From an uncultured Acidobacteriota bacterium (lineage in GTDB: Bacteria; Acidobacteriota; Vicinamibacteria; Vicinamibacterales; UBA2999): 64,000 nt of DNA. The stretch spans positions 201,486 through 265,485 of the forward strand of contig CAWFEX010000004.1 of assembly GCA_963814955.1 (NCBI GenBank), written 5' to 3'. A program made the position numbers and the translations under genes. The notes under the pieces are model-generated. The model was not told the DNA's origin. It did not search any database and saw nothing but the letters and a program-made list of their open reading frames with translations. The stretch's first letter is position 1; each line of letters begins with the position of its first letter. Shown here piece after piece: positions 28,156-37,371 of the stretch.

Positions 28156-28332
28156 ATGCCGCGTATTGCTCGCATTGCATTCAGTCTCACTGGGCTGCTG
28201 CTGCTCTATATGGTGAATCCGGGTGTCGCGTGGTTGATGATTGGGGGAGGGCTTCTATACCACGCGGGCCTGCGCATATACCACGCGGGCCTGCGCAGGC
28301 GACGGCCATTACGCAGCGTTTCAGTGTCTTGA
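28156..28332 (+). CDS. small two-helix membrane protein, hypothetical
   Basis: AAGGAG lies 8 nt before the ATG at 28156. The product is MPRIARIAFSLTGLLLLYMVNPGVAWLMIGGGLLYHAGLRIYHAGLRRRR... and contains the in-frame 21-nt duplication. Confidence 0.45.
   Translation: MPRIARIAFSLTGLLLLYMVNPGVAWLMIGGGLLYHAGLRIYHAGLRRRRPLRSVSVS
28256..28297 (+). repeat. perfect 21-nt tandem duplication
   Basis: TATACCACGCGGGCCTGCGCA occurs twice (28256-28276 and 28277-28297). It is in-frame and duplicates YHAGLR(I/R). Confidence 0.9.
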
Positions 28333-28385
28333 ATCCTGTGCGGGCGTACCGCACCGCCGCCGCAGTTCTATCTGATCGACTTGTC

Positions 28386-28682
28386 ATGCGCATCTTTCAT
28401 CGAACGGTGAAGACCGCAGCGGACGCCATCATGAGCGAGGGCTTCAAGGACAATGAAGAGAAGTACCTCAGCGATTTCTCATGGCGAGGCGTGTGGGTGT
28501 CCGACCGGCCGCTGCGCGGAGATCCGGCGCGGCAGAACGCCGTGCTGATGCTGGAGGTTCCTGCCGAAGTGTTCGCGGAATACGAATGGTTGCAAGAGGG
28601 AGAAACCTATCGCGGAAGTCTCATACCCGCGTCGATCCTGAACCGCTACGGCCCGCCGCGGGCGACGGAGGATCAGGACTAG
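28386..28682 (+). CDS. hypothetical 98-aa protein
   Basis: ATG at 28386. The product is MRIFHRTVKTAADAIMSEGFKDNE...RGVWVSDRPL...AVLMLEVPAEVFAEYEW...YRGSLIPASILNRYGP. It resembles an uncharacterised small-protein family I recall from actinobacterial and soil genomes. Confidence 0.5.
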   Translation: MRIFHRTVKTAADAIMSEGFKDNEEKYLSDFSWRGVWVSDRPLRGDPARQNAVLMLEVPAEVFAEYEWLQEGETYRGSLIPASILNRYGPPRATEDQD

Positions 28683-30158
28683 CGTCGCGGCGCAATCATC
28701 CGCACAAATCGAGAGACCGCCGCGCGCAACGTCATGCCTGCGGGTGCCACCAAGGTTCTGCCTGCCTCGGTCTTCTTCACGGTAACGTTGCCGCTCTTCG
28801 TAGGATGGATCGTCATGCCCCGGTGCGTAGGAACCCGCACACCCTCCCGCCAGCGCGGCCTGCAGGACAGACGCTCCTTTCCTGACAACGAAACGACGTG
28901 CACGTCGTAGGTGCCGGGCAGCAGTGCTCGAATCGAGGGCATCGGAAAGACGCCGTCATACCTGGCGGTCTGCCCGTAGGGCGGCGGTTCCGGATCGCGC
29001 CGTACTAGCGGAAAAGCGGATCCACCTTCACCATCCCGTCGCCGAACTTCGCAAATCAGTTGGCGCGGCAGGCTGATTCTGCCGTCGATCGCGGCCTCGA
29101 TGACGAGCTCGAGGCCGGCCTTGTTGCACCGTGCATCCGAAATCGTGGCTCTGACAATCGGGTCGTGCTCGTGCCGGGTCGACGCCAGCAGTCCCGCCTT
29201 ATCGCTCCGGCGGACGAAGTACGCGCGTTCTCGAAACGGGCTTTCGAGCGTTCGCTCCGTCTCTTCGCTGACGAACTCCTCGGCGAAGGACTTGTGTGCG
29301 GCAATCCAGTTTTCCTGTCCGCGGTCGTCGGTACTGGCACAGGAAACGAGGATTGTACACGTTCAGACACTTGCGGCGGTACAAATCGAGCAATATCTGG
29401 TCGGCTGTGGCCGACCTGCCCAGATGCTCCCGCACGACGCGTGCGATTGCGGCGACTGACGAGGAATAGGTGACGGGATCGCGGGGCGTGCGGCTCAGGT
29501 GCTGCCCGTCTCGGTGCTCGCGGAGGAAATAATAGTCGGCGTCGCTCACAATGGAAATCCGGCGCGCGTGCAGGTATGCGAGCGTATTGAACATTCCATC
29601 GTCGAGACGGACGCCTTCCGGAAACCAGATGTCGTGATCGGTGAGCATTTGGCGGCGAAACAGCTTCTGGGGAAACAGCGTCTTGAAAGCCGTCACGAGA
29701 TCGGCATCGACGACGGTGTTCTCGTAAACCGACGTCGGAAAGCCGCGGCCTCCGAGCGATGTCAACCTGGGAATCACGATGTCCGATTGATGCTGCTCGG
29801 CGAAATCCAGCAGACGCCGCAGGCACGCCGGCACGAGGACGTCATCCGCATCGGCGAAGAAGACGAAGTCGCCGGACGCGCGGCGCAACCCTGCGTTCCG
29901 GGGGCGGCCCGGTCTGCGGCTGTTGGTCTGGTGAACGACGGCGAAGTGCTCGTACCGCTGCGCATATTCGTCAAGGACCTGCGAGCTGCCGTCGGTCGAC
30001 CCGTCGTCAACGGTGATCACGTTGAACGACGTGGGCTGGAGGTCCTGCGCCGCCAGAGAGTCCAGCATTTCTCCCAGGTACGGCAAGGCGTTGTAGACCG
30101 GTACAACCACCGACACCGTACGCGTGCTGCTCATCGGTTGCAGCTTATACGATCGCAC
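28679..30158 (-). CDS. family-2 glycosyltransferase with an extra C-terminal domain; frame broken between 29325 and 29363
   Basis: ORF 29199..30158 has the GT2 core (VSVVVPVYNALPYLGEMLDSLAAQ, VDDGSTDGS, FFADADD). After ...LYRRKCLNVYNP it turns Arg-rich. A different frame is open from 29363 down to 28679 (DRGQENWIAAHKSFAEEFV...LPGTYDVHVVS...) with high third-position GC. Confidence 0.75.
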
Positions 30159-30192
30159 CGAGGTATGGAGGGTCGCCCGCCTGTCGTCTCAC

Positions 30193-31365
30193 ATGAGTGA
30201 TCCTTCCGGTAACCATGGACGCCGATCACGCTTCGGCGTGCGAGCCTTCATTGACAATTCCGGCCTGTTAGTAACGGGCACCCTGGCTGCGCTTCTGTGG
30301 GCGAACTCCGGCCTCGAGAGCTACGAACGATTTGCCAGGCTGCTTCACTTTCCTGTCAACGACATTGCAATGGCGTTCTTCTTTGCTCTTGCCATGAAGG
30401 AGGTGGTGGAGGCAACGATCCCCGGCGGCGCGCTGCACTCACCGCGACGCTCACTCGTACCGATCGTGGCAGCCGCTGGGGGCATGGCTGGTCCCGCGGC
30501 GATCTATGTGGGGCTGGCACTCGCCGGAAATGTGCCAGAGCTACTGCGAGGATGGGCGATACCGTGCGCGACCGATATCGCATTCAGCTATCTGGCGGCA
30601 CGCTTCGTTCTCGGGCGCAGTCATCCTGGTATTCCATTTTTGCTTCTGCTGGCAATTGCGGATGATGCGTTTGGCCTGGTGATTCTCGCGGCGTTCTATC
30701 CGACGGGTCCTGTTCGTCCACTCGAATTCGCCGCGTTGCTCACAGTCGCCATGACGATTGCGTACTGGATGCGTCGGCAGCGAACCATGAATTTCTGGGC
30801 GTACATCCTCGGGGCAGGTGGCGTGTCGTGGCTCGCGTTTTATCGAGGTGGACTGCATCCGGCGCTGGCGCTCGTGCCGATCGTTCCCTTTCTGCCGCAC
30901 GCCAAGCGGGATCCAGGATTGTTCGTCGAGACGCCTGACGCGCACGATCCGCTCAATCAGTTTGAGCACCGCTGGAAGCTGCCTGTTCACGTCATTCTGT
31001 TTTTCTTCGGGCTGATCAATGCAGGAGTGCCGATTTCGGGAGCCGGGTCCGGCACATGGATCGTCCTTGCGGCACTCCTGTTTGGAAAACCACTCGGGAT
31101 CGCGCTATCGACGGCTGTGTGCGTTGCTGCGGGGCTTCACAAGCCTGCCGGCGTCACGTGGCGGGATATCACGGTCCTCGGCATGATTGCTGGAATCGGC
31201 TTTACCGTGTCGCTCTTCTTTGCGACGGCCGCGTTTCCAGCAGGTGACCAGCTTGCCGAAACGAAAATGGGCGCCTTGCTCAGTTTCTCAGCAGCCATCC
31301 TGGCGACCGCCGCGGCACTTGTTCTCCGCGTCGGCCGATTTGGTCCGAGCGCAGTGTTAAGGTAA
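30193..31365 (+). CDS. nhaA: Na+/H+ antiporter NhaA
   Basis: ATG at 30193. FFFALAMKEVVEA, IPCATDIAFS and LLLLAIADDAFGLVILAAFY are NhaA hallmarks. Confidence 0.88.
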   Translation: MSDPSGNHGRRSRFGVRAFIDNSGLLVTGTLAALLWANSGLESYERFARLLHFPVNDIAMAFFFALAMKEVVEATIPGGALHSPRRSLVPIVAAAGGMAGPAAIYVGLALAGNVPELLRGWAIPCATDIAFSYLAARFVLGRSHPGIPFLLLLAIADDAFGLVILAAFYPTGPVRPLEFAALLTVAMTIAYWMRRQRTMNFWAYILGAGGVSWLAFYRGGLHPALALVPIVPFLPHAKRDPGLFVETPDAHDPLNQFEHRWKLPVHVILFFFGLINAGVPISGAGSGTWIVLAALLFGKPLGIALSTAVCVAAGLHKPAGVTWRDITVLGMIAGIGFTVSLFFATAAFPAGDQLAETKMGALLSFSAAILATAAALVLRVGRFGPSAVLR

Positions 31366-31379
31366 GCACCGCCATTCGC

Positions 31380-32152
31380 TCAGACGATCAGCGACGCAAT
31401 CATCCCGAGCACCGCTCCGAACCCGACATCCAACGCATAGTGGTACCGACCCACGACCGCGCCAGCCGCAATCGCCGCGGCGACGACGAGCAAGCTAATT
31501 CCGGCCGGTTGCGAAAGGGGTACTACTCCCAATGCCGCTGCCAGAGACACGGCGACGTGGCCGCTCGGAAACGTATTCAGGCCATGGCTGACGCGCGCCA
31601 GCACGAACTGATTCACGCCTCGCACGCCGACGGCGTTTGTGGTGGCCCCTGTCAGGGTTCGTGGCGGCCGACTGATCAGCCAGGGCAAGGAACCGTAGCA
31701 GACGAACCCCGACAGCAGGACGGCGGTCCAGAATCTGTCCACGTCTGAAGCAGTTCCATTCGACCATACGAATACGAATGCGGTCGGGACGAGGACGTAA
31801 CAGAGAAGGTAGGAGAGCTCCAGGATGAATGCGGTCCAGGCCGGCAGAGAGATCGCGAATTTCCGGCACTGCGCGTCACTGCGTATCAGCCAGTTTTCGA
31901 AGCCGCTCGCTTGGTGTGGTGAGTTGACCAGTAGTGCCGGAATCCAATAGCCCGCGACAAGATACAGATGGCCAAGCCAGCCACGGAGGTCTGTCGGGAG
32001 CCAAGTGGCTGCGATCACCGTGACCGCAAGGGTCAGCGAGACAAGGACGGCCTGGGCACGGCGCGGTTTTGGCGCGCGGGTGGCGGGCGCCGCCACAGCG
32101 AACGCGACGAAGAACGCAGCGGCGAGTGATTCGAATGTCAGCGGAGGGTGCA
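31380..32152 (-). CDS. PAP2-family membrane phosphatase
   Basis: C-terminal FPSGHVAVSLAAALG...GRYHYALDV (PAP2 motifs) and six hydrophobic helices. The long N-terminal extension of ORF 31380..32567 overlaps the upstream gene and reads as junk, so GTG 32152 is proposed as the start. Confidence 0.65.
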
Positions 32153-32998
32153 CTTGATCGCGGCAAGCGTACCGCTTTGGCCCGTGCCTTCGCCGACGAG
32201 ATATATCAGGCCATCGGAGCCGAACGCGACCCCTTCGCCTTGAGGCTCCTTGAGCGGTCGGAGATCGAACCTGCGCGGTTGCAGATTCTTTCCGGCCAGC
32301 AGTTCCGCAGCAGGGTAAAAGACCACCTCGGTGTTCGTCCGCAGGGCGACCCAGTTCCCGTCTGATGATGCGCTCGCCCCGGTGACGCGGTCGAGCGGCA
32401 GCTGTGAAATCGGCTGCAGTCGTCCGGTACTGCCACCGGCCGGCTCCGGCACCCGATAGAGAGCCGTGCTGCGCGCATTCTCCTTCGACACCAGAAACAT
32501 CTGTCCGTTCGGCATTACGAACAATGCTTCCGCATCGTGTGCGCCGTCCGGGTACGCAACGGTCCATGCTTCTGCGGGCTGCACTGTCTTGTCGTCGGGG
32601 CGAGGTTCCGGAATGCGATAAATCGTGAGCTGGCGGCGCGAGCGGTTGTTATCGCCGATATCGGCGACATACAGGCACGACCCGTCTCGACACGGGCCCA
32701 CCGCCAGATCTTCCCAGTCGCCGACGGCCGCGCCTGTGACTTCGACGCGTCCCTTGATGTTTCCCGATTCATCGAAGGCGAACAGGTTCGCCGCGCCTGA
32801 ATCATTATGCGACCAGATGATGCCGGACGTCCGACGGCTGACCGCTATGCCGCTTGCTTCGCGTGCACCTGTCAACGGGGACACTCCGCTTGTGACCGTG
32901 CACAGCGTCGGTTGAGCCGCGACAACAGCGCCACCGAGCGCGGCGGCCACCAAAAACCCGGCGAGTATGCGTTCTGACCATGCGATCATCGGCAGCAA
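32138..32998 (-). CDS. secreted hypothetical protein (beta-propeller-like)
   Basis: Signal peptide ...LAGFLVAAALGGAVVAAQ, then ASGIAVS...IIWSHNDSG...LYVADIGDN...ALFV, a repetitive beta-rich pattern. Confidence 0.6.
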   Translation of the reverse strand: MLPMIAWSERILAGFLVAAALGGAVVAAQPTLCTVTSGVSPLTGAREASGIAVSRRTSGIIWSHNDSGAANLFAFDESGNIKGRVEVTGAAVGDWEDLAVGPCRDGSCLYVADIGDNNRSRRQLTIYRIPEPRPDDKTVQPAEAWTVAYPDGAHDAEALFVMPNGQMFLVSKENARSTALYRVPEPAGGSTGRLQPISQLPLDRVTGASASSDGNWVALRTNTEVVFYPAAELLAGKNLQPRRFDLRPLKEPQGEGVAFGSDGLIYLVGEGTGQSGTLAAIKCTLR

Positions 32999-33450
32999 TG
33001 ATCAACCTCTACATCCTGTTCATGGTTGTCGCCGGCGCGGCGGTTGCCGCGCAGATTGCCATCAACGCGCACCTCGGGGTTGTTGCCGGCAGTGCACTCT
33101 GGGCATCGAATATTTCCTTTGCCGTGACGATGGTGGCTGGGCTGATCGCGTTCGGGGTGTCCATCTTGTTCGGTAGCATGCCGTTTCCCGCTCCAGCTCT
33201 CTGGAGCGCGCCGCGCTGGATCTGGCTGGGCGGGCTTGGTGGCGCTACGTATGTGCTCCTTGCAATCGTCCTGACACACCGCCTTGGCGCCGCGCTCCTC
33301 TCAGCCGCGGGGATTCTCGGGCAGCTTGGCACGTCGCTGCTCATCGACCATTATGGATGGTTTGGCGTTCCGGTCCAGCGGCTCTCAGCGGTCCGACTTG
33401 CCGGCATCGCGCTGCTCACGGTTGGCGTGGCGCTCATCCGGTGGAAGTAA
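32980..33450 (+). CDS. DMT-superfamily transporter, DUF606/YdcZ-like
   Basis: 156 aa with five hydrophobic helices. AAQIAINAHLG...GATYVLLAIVLTHRLGAALL...LLIDHYGWFG is typical of YdcZ-type proteins. Confidence 0.7.
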   Translation: MRSSAAMINLYILFMVVAGAAVAAQIAINAHLGVVAGSALWASNISFAVTMVAGLIAFGVSILFGSMPFPAPALWSAPRWIWLGGLGGATYVLLAIVLTHRLGAALLSAAGILGQLGTSLLIDHYGWFGVPVQRLSAVRLAGIALLTVGVALIRWK

Positions 33451-33480
33451 AATCCCTGGCTGACCTGACACGTTCGTAGT

Positions 33481-33498
33481 GTCCGGCTTCAGCCGGAC
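33481..33498. repeat. REP-like hairpin GTCCGGC-TTCA-GCCGGAC
   Basis: Reverse complement of the 8380-8397 element. The shared flank CGTAGTGTCCGGCTTCAGCCGGAC lies 31 nt after the DMT stop. Confidence 0.75.
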
Positions 33499-33519
33499 CG
33501 TGTAAACCTCTACGTGTAC

Positions 33520-35307
33520 ATGCGCATTCGACTTCTCAGAAGCTTGGCGTTGCTGTCATTGACCGCGAGCCCCGCCGCCGCACAGAGCTTCCGCCAGGAC
33601 ATCGTCGTTACGGCCGCCGCCGTGCCAGTCGAGTTGGGCACTGTGACGCGGACGCTGACGGTGATCACACGCGATCAGATCGACCGATTACCCGTCAACA
33701 GCGTTGCAGATGTGCTGCGGCTGACCGGATCCGTCGACGTTCGGGCACGCGGCGAACGCGGCGTCCAGACGGACTTTGCGATTCGCGGAGCCAACTTCGG
33801 TCAGATGCTGGTGCTCATCGATGGGGTTCGGCTGAACGACGCACAAACCGGCCACCACAACGGCGATATTCCCGTTCCGCTCGATGCGGTCGAACGTATC
33901 GAGGTACTGCACGGTCCCGGGTCGTCCATTTTTGGCGCCGACGCGTTCGGCGGCACGATCAACGTGATTACACGGCGTGACGTGGCGCGGGCATCCGGTC
34001 TGATTCAGGGTGGCAGTTTCGGCCTTGTCGCCGCGCGGGGGCAGGCTGGCTTCGCACGAGGCCAACTGAGGCAGACTCTGGCTGCATCGGTCGATCGTTC
34101 GGCGGGTTTCATGCTCGAGCGCGGTTTTGCCGTTGCGGGCATCAGCTCTCGAACCTCGCTTGGGAGCAGCGGCAGCCTGCTCGCGTCGTTCGTATCGAAG
34201 GATTTTGGTGCCAACGGTTTTTACGGCAATGCGCCCTCGCACGAGTGGACCAACCAGACGATGTTTGCGGTGGACCACACACTGGGACGCCGGGCTGGTT
34301 GGCAGCTTGACACCAATCTCTCGTATCGGACCCACGGCGACCATTTTCTCTTTGACGTCCGCAGGCCCGGCGTTGCGGAGAATCGACATCGCACGCATGC
34401 GGCGCTTGGATCCGTCCGCGGATCACGCGGGATTGGAGGCAGCGCCTCTCTTACCGCGGGTATCGAGGCGGGCGCCGACTGGGTTCGATCGAGCAACCTT
34501 GGAAACCACGCGACGACCCGGGCGAGCGCGTTTGGAGAGTGGCGCTACGCGGTGAACGCCAATACGCAGGTCGATGCGAGCCTGCGCGTCGATCGTTACA
34601 CCGAGTTCGGTACCGCCTGGAATCCCGCGCTTGGTGTCGGCTGGTGGCCCGTCCCGACTGTTCGGCTCCGCGCGTCCACCGGACGTGCGTTTCGAGTGCC
34701 GACGTTCACCGAAAGGTTTTATTCGGATCCGGCGAACTGGGCGCGCGCAGAGGTCGGCCCGGAAGCAGCCTGGGCAGGCGAGGGCGGGGCCGACGTGGTG
34801 CTTTCAGAAAGCTGGACGGTCAGCGCGACCATCTTCGGCCGACAGGACCATGACGTGATCGACTGGCTCAGGCCGAGTACCGCGGAGCGCTGGCGCACGT
34901 ATAACATTCGCGATGTCGAAACGATTGGGATCGAACTTTCGGCGAGGAAGACTTTTCCGAACGGTTCGTTCGTTCAAACCAGTTATACGGGCCTCGACGT
35001 CAACGCTGCCGACGTCACGCAATTGTCGAAATACGTCCTCGATTACGCGCCGCATACGGTCGCGGCCGCCTCGTCCATCGTCTTCCCTGGCAATTTTCAT
35101 GTGGCGCCTCGGCTCGAATACAAACATCGCACTCGATCGACGGGGACGAGCGACTACGCCCTTCTCGATGTCCGCGTAAGCAGGCGGTTTCGCGTGTACG
35201 AGGTACGCATCGAGGGAACGAATCTCGGCGACGCCACATATCAGGAAATCGTCGGCGTGGCCATGCCCGGCCGTGCAGTGAGCCTGTCGGTAGCCATCCG
35301 CCCGTGA
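33520..35307 (+). CDS. TonB-dependent receptor
   Basis: Signal peptide, then plug region DIVVTAAAVPVELGTVTRTLTVITRDQIDRLPVNSVADVLRL...IRGANFGQMLVLIDGVRLND. The C-terminal barrel ends ...GRAVSLSVAIRP. Confidence 0.85.
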   Translation: MRIRLLRSLALLSLTASPAAAQSFRQDIVVTAAAVPVELGTVTRTLTVITRDQIDRLPVNSVADVLRLTGSVDVRARGERGVQTDFAIRGANFGQMLVLIDGVRLNDAQTGHHNGDIPVPLDAVERIEVLHGPGSSIFGADAFGGTINVITRRDVARASGLIQGGSFGLVAARGQAGFARGQLRQTLAASVDRSAGFMLERGFAVAGISSRTSLGSSGSLLASFVSKDFGANGFYGNAPSHEWTNQTMFAVDHTLGRRAGWQLDTNLSYRTHGDHFLFDVRRPGVAENRHRTHAALGSVRGSRGIGGSASLTAGIEAGADWVRSSNLGNHATTRASAFGEWRYAVNANTQVDASLRVDRYTEFGTAWNPALGVGWWPVPTVRLRASTGRAFRVPTFTERFYSDPANWARAEVGPEAAWAGEGGADVVLSESWTVSATIFGRQDHDVIDWLRPSTAERWRTYNIRDVETIGIELSARKTFPNGSFVQTSYTGLDVNAADVTQLSKYVLDYAPHTVAAASSIVFPGNFHVAPRLEYKHRTRSTGTSDYALLDVRVSRRFRVYEVRIEGTNLGDATYQEIVGVAMPGRAVSLSVAIRP

Positions 35308-35355
35308 GCGCTCGCGCGCGAGCAGCACGGGCGACGTGCCAGCGCCCTCCCGGCG

Positions 35356-36492
35356 TTACGTAACGATTTCGTCGGAACCCTTGGCCGGTTCCTGCTGTGT
35401 AAGGCAGTGGATCGTGCCGAGCCCCCACACGAGATCCACCGCATGAATGCCGACCACCTTATGAGACGGCATCAGGCCCGCCAATGTGTTGAGGGCCACA
35501 CGGTCCTTCGGATCGTTGAAGGTCGGCACGAGCACGACGCCGTTGGCCACGTAGAAATTCGCATAGCTGGCAGGTAAGCGCGTCCCCTCCATCACCACTG
35601 GACGCGGAAACGGCAGTCTGACGATGTTCAAGGATCCTGTGCGTCCGCGTGCCGCCGCCTCGAGCCTCCGGAGGTTATCCATCGACCGGGTGTAGTTTTC
35701 GTCCGACGGGTCATCTTCCACCGCCAGCACCACGGTATCCGCGTTCACGAACCGCGCGACGTCGTCGACGTGTCCATGCGTGTCGTCGCCAACGCATCCC
35801 TCGCCGAGCCAGATGGTTTGTTGGATACCGAGCCACTCACCAAAAACTCGCTCGTAGTCGTCACGTGTCAGGCCCGGGTTCCGCACTTGAATGTCGGTCA
35901 GAAGCCATTCCTCTGTGACCAGGAGCAATCCCTGCCCGTTGACTTCGATGCCGCCACCTTCGAGAACAATCCTCTCGCCCGTATCCGGACGCGTCGGCTC
36001 TTCACGCCGGAGTCCGGCCAGGCGAGCCATGAAGCCACCAACTTCGACGTCTTGACGCCAGTTCGAGTATTTCGCCCATCCGTTGAACGCCCAGTTCAGG
36101 AACACGACATCGCCCGCCAGGTCTATGACTGCTGTCGGCGCCGAGTCGCGCAGCCATACCCGATCGGTCTGCACTTCGTGAAACGTGATCCTGTCGCGCC
36201 GTACGTCATGGGCCTCCAGGGCCAGACGGGCGCCCTGCATCACGTCGCGGCTGTGGCAGAGAATCTCAACCGGCTCGTAGTCGGCGAGCACGCGGACGAT
36301 CTCGGCGTATACCCAAGGAATCGCGGAGAGCTTGCCGGGCCAATCGGGTTCGTGGTGGGGCCAGGCAATCCACGTTGCCCGGTGTGGTTCCCACTCGGCG
36401 GGCATGCGGAACTGAGACCGCGCGTGTTCAGGTTCGGTCAGCGTTTTACTGGTTTGCGCCAAGGTACCTTTTGAGAATCGGCCCGTACGCAT
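35356..36492 (-). CDS. aguA: agmatine deiminase
   Basis: FRMPAEWEPHRATWIAWPH, the ...DDTHGHVDDVARF motif and C-terminal GTIHCLTQQ (catalytic Cys). The start is between 36405 and 36492. Confidence 0.88.
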   Translation of the reverse strand: MRTGRFSKGTLAQTSKTLTEPEHARSQFRMPAEWEPHRATWIAWPHHEPDWPGKLSAIPWVYAEIVRVLADYEPVEILCHSRDVMQGARLALEAHDVRRDRITFHEVQTDRVWLRDSAPTAVIDLAGDVVFLNWAFNGWAKYSNWRQDVEVGGFMARLAGLRREEPTRPDTGERIVLEGGGIEVNGQGLLLVTEEWLLTDIQVRNPGLTRDDYERVFGEWLGIQQTIWLGEGCVGDDTHGHVDDVARFVNADTVVLAVEDDPSDENYTRSMDNLRRLEAAARGRTGSLNIVRLPFPRPVVMEGTRLPASYANFYVANGVVLVPTFNDPKDRVALNTLAGLMPSHKVVGIHAVDLVWGLGTIHCLTQQEPAKGSDEIVT

Positions 36493-37363
36493 CCACGCGG
36501 CGGTCGCGCAGGAATGGCCAGTTGCGCCGCACGCTCTCGAGCAACGCCGGATCGCACTGCGCGACGATGACCTCTTCGGTCTCGCCTGCCTGCGCTACAT
36601 AGCGCCCGAAGGGATCTGCGATGAAGGAGTGGCCAAAGAAGGTGATCCCATTGGTGCCAGGTTCATCCTCGTGGCCGACACGGTTTGGCGACGCGACGTA
36701 TACACCGTTTGCGATAGCGTGGCCGCGTTGAATGGTTTGCCACGCTTCCACCTGCGCACGTCCCCATTCGTCCTTTTCTGCGGGGTGCCAGCCGATCGCC
36801 GTCGGATAGAAGAGCACCTCCGCGCCCATCAGCGTCGTAATGCGTGCTGCCTCGGGGAACCACTGGTCCCAGCAGATCAGCACGCCGATCGTCGCATAGC
36901 GCGTCTTCCACACTCTGAATCCGCCAGCCTCGCCGGCCGCTTCTCCGTGGTAATCGAAATGGCCGTCCCCGGGGGTGAAGTAGTACTTCTCGTAATACAG
37001 CGGGTCGTCCGGGATGTGCATCTTGCGGTAAACCCCGAGCAGTGCGCCGTCGGCGTCGATGATCGCCGCCGAATTCCGATAGATCCCGGCCGCCTCACGC
37101 TCGAAGATTGGCACGATCAGGACGACATTCAGTTCGCGAGCAAGGGCCTGCATCGCGTCGGTGGTTGGACCTGGAATCGTTTCGGCGAGATCGAATCGAT
37201 CGCACTGCTGTGACTTGCAGAAGTACAGCGAGTTGAACAGCTCCTTCAGGCAGACGATCTGCGCGCCCTGGCGCGCCGCATCCCGTATGAGCCGCTGCGC
37301 GCGATCGACGTTGCGCGCCACTGCGGCGTCCGCATGATCCTGCACGATTCCAATCGTGAACAT
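36446..37363 (-). CDS. aguB: N-carbamoylputrescine amidase (CN-hydrolase)
   Basis: CLKELF, YRKMHIPDDPLYYEKYYFTPGD and GVLICWDQWFPEAAR...FYPTAIGW match the Glu-Lys-Cys triad context of N-carbamoylputrescine amidases. The gene is adjacent to aguA. Confidence 0.85.
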   Translation of the reverse strand: MFTIGIVQDHADAAVARNVDRAQRLIRDAARQGAQIVCLKELFNSLYFCKSQQCDRFDLAETIPGPTTDAMQALARELNVVLIVPIFEREAAGIYRNSAAIIDADGALLGVYRKMHIPDDPLYYEKYYFTPGDGHFDYHGEAAGEAGGFRVWKTRYATIGVLICWDQWFPEAARITTLMGAEVLFYPTAIGWHPAEKDEWGRAQVEAWQTIQRGHAIANGVYVASPNRVGHEDEPGTNGITFFGHSFIADPFGRYVAQAGETEEVIVAQCDPALLESVRRNWPFLRDRRVDAYGPILKRYLGANQ

Positions 37364-37371
37364 GTGACCCT

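Noticed and set aside
24510-28682. Intact prophage.
   Set aside because: No terminase, portal, capsid, tail or lysis genes are recognisable. Only an HNH gene and fragmentary recombinase/HTH-like pieces are present, so at most this is a relic.
32153-32567. 138-aa N-terminal extension of the PAP2 ORF. The 49193..49600 extension of the Ig-like protein ORF is a similar case.
   Set aside because: Both extensions overlap well-supported upstream genes in another frame and have junk composition. Internal GTG starts give sensible N-termini.
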